This document shows, piece by piece, positions 13,387 through 22,443 of a stretch of DNA of 64,000 bases (positions are counted from its first letter, which is position 1; each line of letters starts with the position of its first letter). Both the position numbers and the translations under genes were made by a program. The stretch is taken from contig OMVV01000003.1 in assembly GCA_900314585.1 (NCBI GenBank), positions 3,728-67,727 of the forward strand. The letters run 5' to 3'. The notes below the pieces were generated by a model. It did not search any database and was not told the origin of the DNA. It was given only the letters and a program-made list of their open reading frames with translations. The stretch is from an uncultured Erysipelotrichaceae bacterium. Its GTDB lineage: Bacteria; Bacillota_I; Bacilli_A; RFN20; CAG-826.

Positions 13387-14816
13387 TGGAATTTGAACCA
13401 GTTATCGGTTTAGAGATTCACGTTGAACTCAAAACCAAATCGAAAATGTTCTCTACCGCACCAGTCGTATATGGAAAAGAGCCAAACACCCAAGTCGCCC
13501 CACTTGATATGGCATTCCCTGGAACCCTTCCAGTTGTGAACAAACAAGCTGTCATCGACGCGATTAGAGTGTGTCACGCTTTACACATGAGTATCGATCA
13601 AGAACTTCACTTTGATCGTAAAAACTACTTCTATAGCGATCTTCCGAAGGGTTATCAAATTACTCAGGATAAACGTCCAATCGGTCGTGAAGGTTATTTA
13701 GAGATTGAAATTGATGGAAAAGTTAAACGTATTGGCATCGAAAGACTCCATATGGAAGAAGATACTTGTAAACAACTTCACTTTTCAACATTCACCCTTC
13801 TTAACTATAACCGTGCTGGTACACCCTTAATTGAAATTGTTTCAAAACCAGAAATGCGTTCTGGTGAAGAGGCGATGAAATATGTTGAACGTATTCGCTC
13901 AATCGTCGTTTTCTCTGGTGTCAGCGATGGCAAGATGGAAGAAGGTTCGCTTCGTTGTGACGTTAACGTTTCCATTAGACCAAAAGGAAGTCAAGAATTC
14001 GGTACAAAAGTTGAAATTAAAAATATCAACTCGATTTCATATATTCAAAAAGCGATTGATTTTGAAGTTGAGCGTCAAAAGAAACTTATTGAGAGTGGTG
14101 AAAAAGTTGTTCAAGAAACAAGACGTTATGATGATGCGAAGAAAGAAACAATTCGCATGAGACTTAAAACCGATAGTGTTGATTACAAATACTATCCAGA
14201 AGCTAACATCATTCCAATTCGTTTATCAGATAAGTTTGTTGAAGACGCAATTGCTTCGTGTCCAGAACTTGCTGAATCAAGAAAAGATCGTTATATGAAT
14301 CAATATGGTTTAAATGATTATGATGCTTCACTTTTGGTGAGTGAAAAATCAATTTCCGATTACTATAACGAACTATGTAAATATTCCAAATCCTATAAGC
14401 TTTTAGCGAACTGGGTCAATGTTGATGTCGCTGGTTACTTAAATAAAAACAACCTTTCGATTGAACAATTCCCATTAAGCCCAGAAAAGCTTGCTGGCCT
14501 TGTAAATATGGTTGATAAAAATGAGGTGTCTTCCAACCAAGCTCGTGACATTTTTGCGAAGATGGTTGAACAAAATATCGATGCCTCAAAAGCAAAGGAA
14601 ATTTTAGGAATTTCGTCGCAAATCTCGGACGAATCATACATTTTGAATGTCGTTAATGAAGTCTTAAAAGAGAACCCACAAGCGATTATCGACTACAAAG
14701 AAGGTAAAGGAAGAGCAATGGGATTTTTGGTTGGCCAAGTTATGAAGAAAACTCAAGGCAAAATCAACCCAAAACTCACTAGCGATATGTTATTGAAGGA
14801 GTTAAACAAGAAATGA
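13386..14816 (+). CDS. gatB: Asp/Glu-tRNA amidotransferase subunit B
   Basis: IGLEIHVELKT N-terminus, C-terminal YqeY-like domain, 476 aa. Confidence 0.95.
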   Translation: MEFEPVIGLEIHVELKTKSKMFSTAPVVYGKEPNTQVAPLDMAFPGTLPVVNKQAVIDAIRVCHALHMSIDQELHFDRKNYFYSDLPKGYQITQDKRPIGREGYLEIEIDGKVKRIGIERLHMEEDTCKQLHFSTFTLLNYNRAGTPLIEIVSKPEMRSGEEAMKYVERIRSIVVFSGVSDGKMEEGSLRCDVNVSIRPKGSQEFGTKVEIKNINSISYIQKAIDFEVERQKKLIESGEKVVQETRRYDDAKKETIRMRLKTDSVDYKYYPEANIIPIRLSDKFVEDAIASCPELAESRKDRYMNQYGLNDYDASLLVSEKSISDYYNELCKYSKSYKLLANWVNVDVAGYLNKNNLSIEQFPLSPEKLAGLVNMVDKNEVSSNQARDIFAKMVEQNIDASKAKEILGISSQISDESYILNVVNEVLKENPQAIIDYKEGKGRAMGFLVGQVMKKTQGKINPKLTSDMLLKELNKK

Positions 14817-15832
14817 AACAAATTTTAGTTACTGGTGGACTCGGATTTATTGGTTCACACACAGTTATTCAACTTATTGAGAATGGTTATGAACCAATCA
14901 TCGTTGATAATTTAGTTAATTCCAAACTCGAAGTTTTAAATCGTTTAGAAAAGATTACTGGTGTTAGACCAAAGTTTTATCAATACGATGTTCGCGATGA
15001 GGCTAACTTAGACAAAATCTTTTCTGAGAATAAAATCTTTGCGGTTATTCACTTCGCTGGTTTAAAGGCTGTTGGTGAATCAATTCAAAAACCACAACTC
15101 TATTACGATAACAATATCGGTTCATCCGAAGTTTTACTTCGCGTGATGGCAAAACACAATGTAAAGAAACTTGTTTTCTCTTCTTCTGCAACCGTTTATG
15201 GCGATCCAAAACGCGTGCCAATTTATGAAACAGATCCAATTGGCGAAACAACCAATCCATACGCTGAAACTAAAGTTCGTATCGAATACATGCTTAAGGA
15301 TTTATACGCCAAAGATAAATCTTGGGATTTAGCAATTCTTCGCTATTTCAATCCTATTGGTGCTCACAAATCTGGACTTATCGGTGAAGACCCACAAGGT
15401 ATTCCAAATAACTTAATGCCATATGTTACTCAAGTTGCAGTTGGAAAACTTCCTCAATTATCCATTTTTGGTGATGACTATGATACACGCGATGGAACAT
15501 GCATTCGTGACTATATTCACGTTGTCGATTTAGCGCGTGGTCACGTCCTCACTTTAAAGAAACTCGAAGAAAATCCAGGTTTAGTTATTTATAACTTAGG
15601 TACTGGTGTTGGCACTTCAGTTCTTGAACTAGTGCACGCCTTCGAAGAAGCAAATCATCTTAAGATTAATTATAAAATTGCTCCACGTAGAGGTGGGGAT
15701 ATTCCAGTTTGCTATGCAAATGTTGATAAAGCCTTTAAAGAAATCGGTTTTAAGACCGAATTCAATATTGTTGATTGCTGCCGTGATTCATGGAACTGGC
15801 AATCACATAACCCAAAAGGATTTGATAAATAA
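14813..15832 (+). CDS. galE: UDP-glucose 4-epimerase
   Basis: GGLGFIGSH Rossmann motif, YAETK (YxxxK), 339 aa; ATGA overlap with gatB. Confidence 0.9.
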   Translation: MKQILVTGGLGFIGSHTVIQLIENGYEPIIVDNLVNSKLEVLNRLEKITGVRPKFYQYDVRDEANLDKIFSENKIFAVIHFAGLKAVGESIQKPQLYYDNNIGSSEVLLRVMAKHNVKKLVFSSSATVYGDPKRVPIYETDPIGETTNPYAETKVRIEYMLKDLYAKDKSWDLAILRYFNPIGAHKSGLIGEDPQGIPNNLMPYVTQVAVGKLPQLSIFGDDYDTRDGTCIRDYIHVVDLARGHVLTLKKLEENPGLVIYNLGTGVGTSVLELVHAFEEANHLKINYKIAPRRGGDIPVCYANVDKAFKEIGFKTEFNIVDCCRDSWNWQSHNPKGFDK

Positions 15833-15843
15833 GGAGAATTATT

Positions 15844-16755
15844 ATGGCCCGTAACAAAATCTCTCTTAAAACAGTAAATAACGAAATCTTAAATGGTTAT
15901 TCCTGGACTATTGATAGCCCAAAAGCTAACGTCGTTATTATCACTGGCATGGAAGAATATCTTTTAAGATATGATGACTTTGCAAATTATTTAAATTCCC
16001 AAGGATTCAATGTCTATGGTGTTGATCATTATGGACAAGGTGATTCTGTTAATGATGAAAAAGAACTTGGCATTGTTCCAAGATCATTTTTCTCAAAAAT
16101 GGTTCGTAATGTCGACGACTTAGTTAAACGTGTCCGCAAAGAAAACGGACTTCCAACCTATATCTTCGCTCATTCAATGGGTTCATTTATGCTTCAAGAC
16201 TTTATTCAACGTTTCTCTAAGGATGCTGATAAGGTTGTTATTTGTGGTACGAACGGTCCAAATGGCGCAGGTGCATATAAGTTTGGTTATCCAATTGCTC
16301 GCTTCATCGCTAAATGCCGCGGTGAAAATAGAAAAGCTAAATTCTTAGCGTCCCTTGCAGTTGGAGCATATTCCAAATCAATCAAACATCGCAAGACTCC
16401 AGTTGATTGGCTTTCATATAATGAAGATAACAATCAACGTTATTTAGAACATCCAAAATGTGGTTATGGTTCATCCAACGGTTTCTACCGTGAATTGCTT
16501 AAAGGAAACCGCCGCTTATATAACAAGAAGTTTATGGAAAAGATTCGCAAAGATCTTCCAATCTTCCTTATTGCTGGTATCGAAGACCCAGTTGGTGCGA
16601 AAGGTAAAGGCCCAACCAAATTAGCGGAACTATATAAGAAATATGGTCTAACCAATGTTGAACTCAAACTCTACGATCATATGAGACACGAAATTCTTAA
16701 CGAACCAGATCATAAAGTTGTCTACGAAGACGTTGTCAATTTCTTAAATAAATAA
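15844..16755 (+). CDS. alpha/beta hydrolase (lysophospholipase / monoacylglycerol-lipase-like)
   Basis: Nucleophile elbow AHSMGS, late D..H (YDHMRHE), 303 aa; SD AAGGAGA. Confidence 0.7.
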   Translation: MARNKISLKTVNNEILNGYSWTIDSPKANVVIITGMEEYLLRYDDFANYLNSQGFNVYGVDHYGQGDSVNDEKELGIVPRSFFSKMVRNVDDLVKRVRKENGLPTYIFAHSMGSFMLQDFIQRFSKDADKVVICGTNGPNGAGAYKFGYPIARFIAKCRGENRKAKFLASLAVGAYSKSIKHRKTPVDWLSYNEDNNQRYLEHPKCGYGSSNGFYRELLKGNRRLYNKKFMEKIRKDLPIFLIAGIEDPVGAKGKGPTKLAELYKKYGLTNVELKLYDHMRHEILNEPDHKVVYEDVVNFLNK

Positions 16756-16761
16756 ACAAAG

Positions 16762-16798
16762 AAAAAACGGAGAAATCATCGACAAATCTCCGTTTTTC
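16762..16798. terminator. bidirectional rho-independent terminator
   Basis: aaaaaa-cggaga-(13-nt loop)-tctccg-ttttt between convergent genes. Confidence 0.55.
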
Positions 16799-16813
16799 TT
16801 TTACTTTTTAGCT

Positions 16814-17698
16814 TTAATAAACTACGACTTCACCATTAACAAAATGGAAGAAATTTCCTTCTTCTGTTGGTGCGGATTCGCTATAGAAATATTTTGTTGC
16901 AGCTTCAAACGAGTCGTTGCCTTCTTCAACGGTAATGGTGTTAAATTCTGCTTCGGTTCCTAAGAAGTAAACCTTTGAAATTAAAATATCTTTGAATACG
17001 TTTTTCTTAACTTTGGTGATTGGTTGTTCCAAATATGATTTCGAGAGTAAGAATTGATCAGCATAACCGACATAATCTGAAATTTGATATTCAATATGAC
17101 CGCCGATAGTTTCCTTGGTCATTTCATATTCAGCAGCAGGGCTGATTTTAAGTGATTTAACGTTGTTCTTCGTTGGAGAGAATTGTAAATATGTTACATG
17201 GCCCGTCTCGTCATATTCATAAATCGTTATTTCACTGAGAGTTTTTTCAACTATGCAGTAAGGCTTTTCTTCGGTAGATTTTGTTTCTGTGTAACCATAT
17301 TGATACCATAAACCCGCTTTTTCAGTGAAATCCACCAAACTTACATTGATGTAATCATAAAGGAATGTTTCGACATTGCCTTGGAAGGTGAATTGCCTAT
17401 TTTGCGGATTAAAATACCCCTTACTTGTCCATTTGAGACTGGCGATTACATCACCATGAGGCTCTTCGGTAGCTTCAACTGTTGAATAAGAAAGTGTAAT
17501 TGGTGCTTTTTTGTTTTCTTGGTACAGTGCTTTAAGAGCATCAAGACTTGCAACACTTTGATAACCAAGAGCAGACATTGAAACAACATCAGGTTCTGTT
17601 GGTGTAGTGGTGCCTCCACCTTCTCCTTCTCCGCCGCAACCAGTGAGCATGCCACACATTAATAATGAAGCGACAATTGTTGAGATAATCTTTTTCAT
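16814..17698 (-). CDS. hypothetical surface lipoprotein (294 aa)
   Basis: MKKIISTIVASLLMCGMLTGCGG (signal plus LTGC lipobox), Gly/Thr linker; SD AAGGAGAA; 11 nt after the pgcA stop. Confidence 0.7.
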   Translation of the reverse strand: MKKIISTIVASLLMCGMLTGCGGEGEGGGTTTPTEPDVVSMSALGYQSVASLDALKALYQENKKAPITLSYSTVEATEEPHGDVIASLKWTSKGYFNPQNRQFTFQGNVETFLYDYINVSLVDFTEKAGLWYQYGYTETKSTEEKPYCIVEKTLSEITIYEYDETGHVTYLQFSPTKNNVKSLKISPAAEYEMTKETIGGHIEYQISDYVGYADQFLLSKSYLEQPITKVKKNVFKDILISKVYFLGTEAEFNTITVEEGNDSFEAATKYFYSESAPTEEGNFFHFVNGEVVVY

Positions 17699-17709
17699 TG
17701 TATTCTCCT

Positions 17710-19401
17710 TTATTTCATCATCGATGAGATGAGGTCTTTAAAGTGTTTAATTCTTTCATCACCATTAGCGAAGACATAAGCTTTAAGCTTAGGCTCAGTT
17801 CCAGATGGGCGGAAGATAACTGTCTCGTGATCCTTAAGGAAGAACTTGATAACGTCGGATTTTGGTAATCCAGTTGGCTCACTATGATCTTTATAGAAAA
17901 TCTTTTCGAGTTTGTAGTCACCAACGCATTCAACTTCACCAATTTCCTTTTTGAAACTTTCTTCGCGGAAATGTTTCATTAAATTGGCCATCTTGACTTT
18001 TCCATCAAGACCAGGGAACTCAAATGAAAGAGTAACGGTCTTATAATGGCCAAAGTGATCATAAAGTTGATTGAGTCTATCTAACAAAGTTAGACCTTTG
18101 TGTTTATAGTAGTTTGCCATTTCGGCAATTAATAACATCGCGTTAACACCATCTTTATCACGGACATCGTGATTAGAAAGGTAACCATATGATTCTTCAA
18201 AACCAAAGATGAAACGATTTTCTTCACCTTTTTGTTCAAGGAAGAGAATTTGTTCACCGATGAACTTGAAACCAGTAAGAATATTGATGACTTTGACACC
18301 ATATTCTTTACCCATTAAATCAACAAGATCACTTGAGACGATTGATTTAACAATAACTGGGTCTTTTGGAAGTGAATTTTCTTCTTTTCTTGCATTATAA
18401 ATAAAGTCGAATAATAAGATGCCAATCTCATTACCAGTTAAGATGATGGCTTTGCCATTTTGATTAACCGCAACACCAGCGCGGTCTGAATCTGGATCGG
18501 TCGCGACTAATATGTCGTTATTGTTCTTGATCATCAACTTCATACCTAAATCCATCGCTTCTTTGATTTCTGGATTTGGATATGGGCAAGTGGTGAAGTC
18601 ACCATCTGGTAAACGTTGTTCTTCAACGATATCGATGTGTTTAAATCCATCACGGTCTAAAACAGTGGTGACTGGAATATAACCTGCACCATGAAGTGGG
18701 GTGTAAGTAATATTTAAGATACGTGGAGAAACTTCTTTTGATTTAACTGAAAGTGATAAAACAGAAGCGTAATATTCTTCCACTAATTCTTCTGGAATGT
18801 ATACAATGACTTTCTTAGAAAGTCCTTCTTCAAAATCCATGACTTTAACATCTTCAAACATGTCGAGTTTATTGATGTTTTCAAGGACTTTGTTTGCGGC
18901 GGCGATTGTCATTTGGCAACCATCGCTTCCATAAACCTTAAAGCCATTATAAATCTTTGGGTTATGGCTGGCCGTGATAACAATACCGGCGGAGCATTTT
19001 AAATGACGAACCGCAAAAGAAAGAGTTGGAACAGGCATCAAACGATCAAAAATATGAACTTTAATTCCATTAGCAGCCAAGACGGCTGCAGATTCTTTCG
19101 CAAATAATTGCGAATTATTACGTGAATCGTATGCTATCGCAACAGTTGGATGAGCTTCTTCAGAAAGAAGATATTGAGCGAGGCCTTGGGCAGCGTGTCT
19201 AATGACGTATTTGTTCATGCGATTTGTGCCCATCGCCATCACACCGCGAAGTCCAGCAGTGCCAAATTCAAGATCCGCTATAAAGCGTTCTTCAATTTCT
19301 TTTTCGTTATTTTTAATATCAGCTAATTCTTGTCTTTCAGCGTTTGATAAATGTTTTTCATTTAACCAACGTTGATATTTCTCTAAAACATATTTTTCCA
19401 T
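17710..19401 (-). CDS. pgcA: phosphoglucomutase / phosphomannomutase (alpha-D-phosphohexomutase)
   Basis: Phosphoserine loop TASHNP, Mg site TDPDSDRAG, sugar loop GFEESYG, 563 aa. Confidence 0.9.
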   Translation of the reverse strand: MEKYVLEKYQRWLNEKHLSNAERQELADIKNNEKEIEERFIADLEFGTAGLRGVMAMGTNRMNKYVIRHAAQGLAQYLLSEEAHPTVAIAYDSRNNSQLFAKESAAVLAANGIKVHIFDRLMPVPTLSFAVRHLKCSAGIVITASHNPKIYNGFKVYGSDGCQMTIAAANKVLENINKLDMFEDVKVMDFEEGLSKKVIVYIPEELVEEYYASVLSLSVKSKEVSPRILNITYTPLHGAGYIPVTTVLDRDGFKHIDIVEEQRLPDGDFTTCPYPNPEIKEAMDLGMKLMIKNNNDILVATDPDSDRAGVAVNQNGKAIILTGNEIGILLFDFIYNARKEENSLPKDPVIVKSIVSSDLVDLMGKEYGVKVINILTGFKFIGEQILFLEQKGEENRFIFGFEESYGYLSNHDVRDKDGVNAMLLIAEMANYYKHKGLTLLDRLNQLYDHFGHYKTVTLSFEFPGLDGKVKMANLMKHFREESFKKEIGEVECVGDYKLEKIFYKDHSEPTGLPKSDVIKFFLKDHETVIFRPSGTEPKLKAYVFANGDERIKHFKDLISSMMK

Positions 19402-19503
19402 TTAGGTGATCCTTTTTGAAACTATTTATATCATAACATTAAAATGTTTCGTTGAAATAGGTTTATTCTCATATTAGAATTTTGCTGATAGAGGTTAACT
19501 ATT

Positions 19504-19821
19504 ATGAAAGAGAAAACCATTGAAAGAATTAGAAGATTCACAACCGATCGAGATTGGGACAAGTATCACACCCCAGCAAATCTCGCTAAATCAATCGTTA
19601 TTGAAGCGACAGAACTACTTGAATGTTTTCAATGGAACGATGACGAATTTAACCTCGATCACGTGAAGGAAGAATTGGCAGATGTTATCGTAAATTGCCA
19701 AAATTTACTTGATAAGCTTTGCTTAGATGTTGACGAAATCGTCAATAAAAAGATGGAACAAAACGAGAAAAAGTACCCTGTCGAGAAGTTTAAATCAGTC
19801 GATAAAAAGTATAATGAGTGA
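19504..19821 (+). CDS. MazG-like nucleotide pyrophosphohydrolase (small all-alpha NTP-PPase, dCTPase-like), paralog 1
   Basis: 105 aa; RDWDKYHTPANLAKSIVIEATELLE ... KEELADV (EExxE/ExxD metal motifs). Clear paralog of 39106..39435. Confidence 0.75.
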   Translation: MKEKTIERIRRFTTDRDWDKYHTPANLAKSIVIEATELLECFQWNDDEFNLDHVKEELADVIVNCQNLLDKLCLDVDEIVNKKMEQNEKKYPVEKFKSVDKKYNE

Positions 19822-19828
19822 GAAAACT

Positions 19829-19855
19829 AATTGTATTTAAATACAATTATATTTT
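19829..19855 (+). terminator. AT-only hairpin after the MazG-like gene
   Basis: Perfect 20-nt palindrome aattgtatttaaatacaatt followed by atatttt; low stability. Confidence 0.3.
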
Positions 19856-19976
19856 CAAAAAATTTGCATTTCAAAAGTTCAAATAAAAAATGCGATTAAA
19901 TCACGAAAAAACATAGAAAAGTTGTACAGTGTATGACTTTTTTATTTTTATTGTTACTTTTGTCTTGATATTTCTA

Positions 19977-19982
19977 TATAAT
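19977..19982 (+). promoter_or_regulatory. candidate -10 (TATAAT) for nrdD
   Basis: TATAAT 85 nt upstream of the nrdD ATG; no convincing -35. Confidence 0.3.
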
Positions 19983-20015
19983 GTAGTCACCCCACGGAAA
20001 GAAAATTCCGAAAAA

Positions 20016-20035
20016 ATACTCTGCGAGCAGAGTAT
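20016..20035 (+). promoter_or_regulatory. perfect inverted repeat ATACTCTGC-ga-GCAGAGTAT in the nrdD 5' leader
   Basis: 9+9 nt palindrome between the candidate -10 and the SD (AAGGAGA at 20054). Either an operator or an RNA hairpin. Confidence 0.3.
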
Positions 20036-20066
20036 ATTTTAAAAACGCAAATTAAGGAGAAAAACA

Positions 20067-22442
20067 ATGATTAAAGTAATTAAAAGAGACGATTCTAGAG
20101 AAGAATTTAACATTGGTAAGATCTCTTCAGCGATCGAAAAAGCTTTTATGGCAGAACATAAGTTCTACACAAAAGACATTATCGATATGCTCGCGTTACG
20201 CGTTACCGCGGACTTTAATAGAAAAGTTAAAGACGAAGAAATCTCTGTTGAAGACATTCAAGACTCTGTCGAAGTCGTCTTAATTCAAGCAGGCTATATC
20301 GATGTTGCCAAAAGCTACATGGTTTATCGTAAACAACACGAAAACCTTCGCCAAATCAAAGAAACTAACATCGACTATAAAAACGTTATCAACAATTATT
20401 TAAAGATCAACGACTGGAGAGTTAAAGAAAACTCAACCGTCACCTACTCTGTTGGTGGTTTGATTCTTTCTAACTCCGGCGCTGTTACCGCTAACTATTG
20501 GTTAAGTGAAATCTATGATAAGGAAATCGCCGATGCTCACCGCAACGCCGACATCCATATTCATGACTTGAGCATGTTAACTGGTTATTGCGCAGGTTGG
20601 TCCTTAAAACAATTGATCACCGAAGGTTTAGGCGGAGTTACTGGTAAGATTACATCTTCCCCAGCTGCTCACCTTTCAACCCTTTGTAACCAAATGGTTA
20701 ACTTCTTAGGTATCATGCAAAACGAATGGGCTGGCGCTCAAGCCTTCTCATCCTTTGATACTTATTTAGCACCATTTGTTAAAGCGGATCATCTTGACTA
20801 TAAACAAGTCAAACAATGTATCCAATCCTTCATCTATGGTGTTAATACACCATCAAGATGGGGTACTCAAGCACCATTCACCAACATCACATTAGACTGG
20901 GTCGTACCAAATGATATGGCCGAACTCAACTGTATCGTTGGCGGTAAAGAAATGGACTTCAAGTACAAAGATTGTGTTGAAGAAATGGCAATGGTTAACA
21001 AAGCTTTCATCGAAATCATGATCGAAGGCGATGCTAATGGACGTGGATTCCAATATCCAATTCCAACCTATTCCATCACCAAAACATTTGACTGGTCAGA
21101 TACTGAAAATAACAGATTGTTATTCACAATGACCGCCAAATATGGAACTCCATACTTCTCTAACTACATCAATTCCGATATGGAACCAAGTGATGTTAGA
21201 AGTATGTGCTGCCGTTTACGTCTTGACCTTCGCGAACTTCGTAAGAAATCTGGTGGTTTCTTCGGTAGTGGTGAATCAACAGGTTCTGTTGGTGTTGTTA
21301 CCATCAACTTACCACGTCTTGCTTATTTAGCAACCGATGAAAAAGATTTCTACGCTCGCTTAGATCACATCATGGATATATCCGCTCGTTCACTTAAAGT
21401 GAAACGTAACACAATTACCACCCTTTTAGAAGCCGGACTTTATCCATACACCAAACGTTATTTAGGTACCTTCAACAACCACTTCTCCACCATTGGTTTA
21501 GTTGGTATGAACGAAGCATGCTTAAATGCCAGATGGTTAAGAAAAGATTTAACAAATCCAGAAGCTGTCGAATTTGCTAAAGCCGTTTTAAATCATATGC
21601 GTGAAAGATTATCAGATTACCAAGAACTCTATGGCGATCTTTATAACCTTGAAGCTACACCAGCCGAATCAACCGCATATCGTTTAGCAAAACACGATAA
21701 GAAGAGATATCCAGATATCATCACTGCTTCTGAAAACGGAAAGACACCATATTACACCAACTCTTCACACTTACCAGTTGGTTATACCGATGACATCTTT
21801 AAAGCGCTTGATATTCAAGATGAACTTCAAACTCTTTATACATCCGGTACCGTCTTCCACGCTTTCTTAGGACAAAAATTACCATCATACAAGTCTTGTA
21901 TGAATCTCGTCCGCAAGATCGCAGAAAACTATCACATTCCTTACTACACAATGTCTCCAACATATTCAATTTGTAAGGAACATGGTTATCTTGAAGGCGA
22001 ACAATATGTCTGTCCAAAATGTGGTCAAAGAACCGAAGTCTATTCAAGAATTACTGGTTACTATCGTCCAGTCCAAAACTGGAATGATGGCAAGACCGAA
22101 GAATTCAAGAATCGTAAGGTCTATGATCCAAAGAACTCTCATTTAACTCACGATGTTAGCGAAGAATGCTGCGATCAACCAACTAAGGAAGATAACAGCT
22201 CTGAAAAGCTCAACGAAATCTTATTATTCGCGACAAAAACCTGTCCAAATTGTAAGATGGCAAAGATGCTTTTAGATAAGGCTAACATCAAATATCAAGT
22301 CATTGATGCTGAAGAAAATGTTGAACTCACCAAAAAGTACAACATCAAAAAGGCTCCAACCCTCCTTGTTCCAAACAAAGATGGTATCGATGTCTTTGAA
22401 AATGCATCAAATATCAAAGGATTCATTGAAAGAGTAAACTAA
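20067..22442 (+). CDS. nrdD: anaerobic ribonucleoside-triphosphate reductase (class III) with C-terminal glutaredoxin-like domain
   Basis: N-terminal ATP-cone, MCCRLRLD thiyl loop, Zn ribbon C..CPKCG, glycyl-radical motif SRITGYYRP, then 105 extra aa containing TCPNC. Confidence 0.95.
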   Translation: MIKVIKRDDSREEFNIGKISSAIEKAFMAEHKFYTKDIIDMLALRVTADFNRKVKDEEISVEDIQDSVEVVLIQAGYIDVAKSYMVYRKQHENLRQIKETNIDYKNVINNYLKINDWRVKENSTVTYSVGGLILSNSGAVTANYWLSEIYDKEIADAHRNADIHIHDLSMLTGYCAGWSLKQLITEGLGGVTGKITSSPAAHLSTLCNQMVNFLGIMQNEWAGAQAFSSFDTYLAPFVKADHLDYKQVKQCIQSFIYGVNTPSRWGTQAPFTNITLDWVVPNDMAELNCIVGGKEMDFKYKDCVEEMAMVNKAFIEIMIEGDANGRGFQYPIPTYSITKTFDWSDTENNRLLFTMTAKYGTPYFSNYINSDMEPSDVRSMCCRLRLDLRELRKKSGGFFGSGESTGSVGVVTINLPRLAYLATDEKDFYARLDHIMDISARSLKVKRNTITTLLEAGLYPYTKRYLGTFNNHFSTIGLVGMNEACLNARWLRKDLTNPEAVEFAKAVLNHMRERLSDYQELYGDLYNLEATPAESTAYRLAKHDKKRYPDIITASENGKTPYYTNSSHLPVGYTDDIFKALDIQDELQTLYTSGTVFHAFLGQKLPSYKSCMNLVRKIAENYHIPYYTMSPTYSICKEHGYLEGEQYVCPKCGQRTEVYSRITGYYRPVQNWNDGKTEEFKNRKVYDPKNSHLTHDVSEECCDQPTKEDNSSEKLNEILLFATKTCPNCKMAKMLLDKANIKYQVIDAEENVELTKKYNIKKAPTLLVPNKDGIDVFENASNIKGFIERVN

Positions 22443-22443
22443 C

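Noticed and set aside
19971-19986. Possible NrdR box (TTTCTATATAATGTAG) upstream of nrdD
   Set aside because: It matches only about 10 of 16 positions of the remembered acaCwAtATaTwGtgt consensus. I found no second box at the usual ~31-bp spacing. It overlaps the candidate -10, so the resemblance may simply be a TATA-rich promoter.
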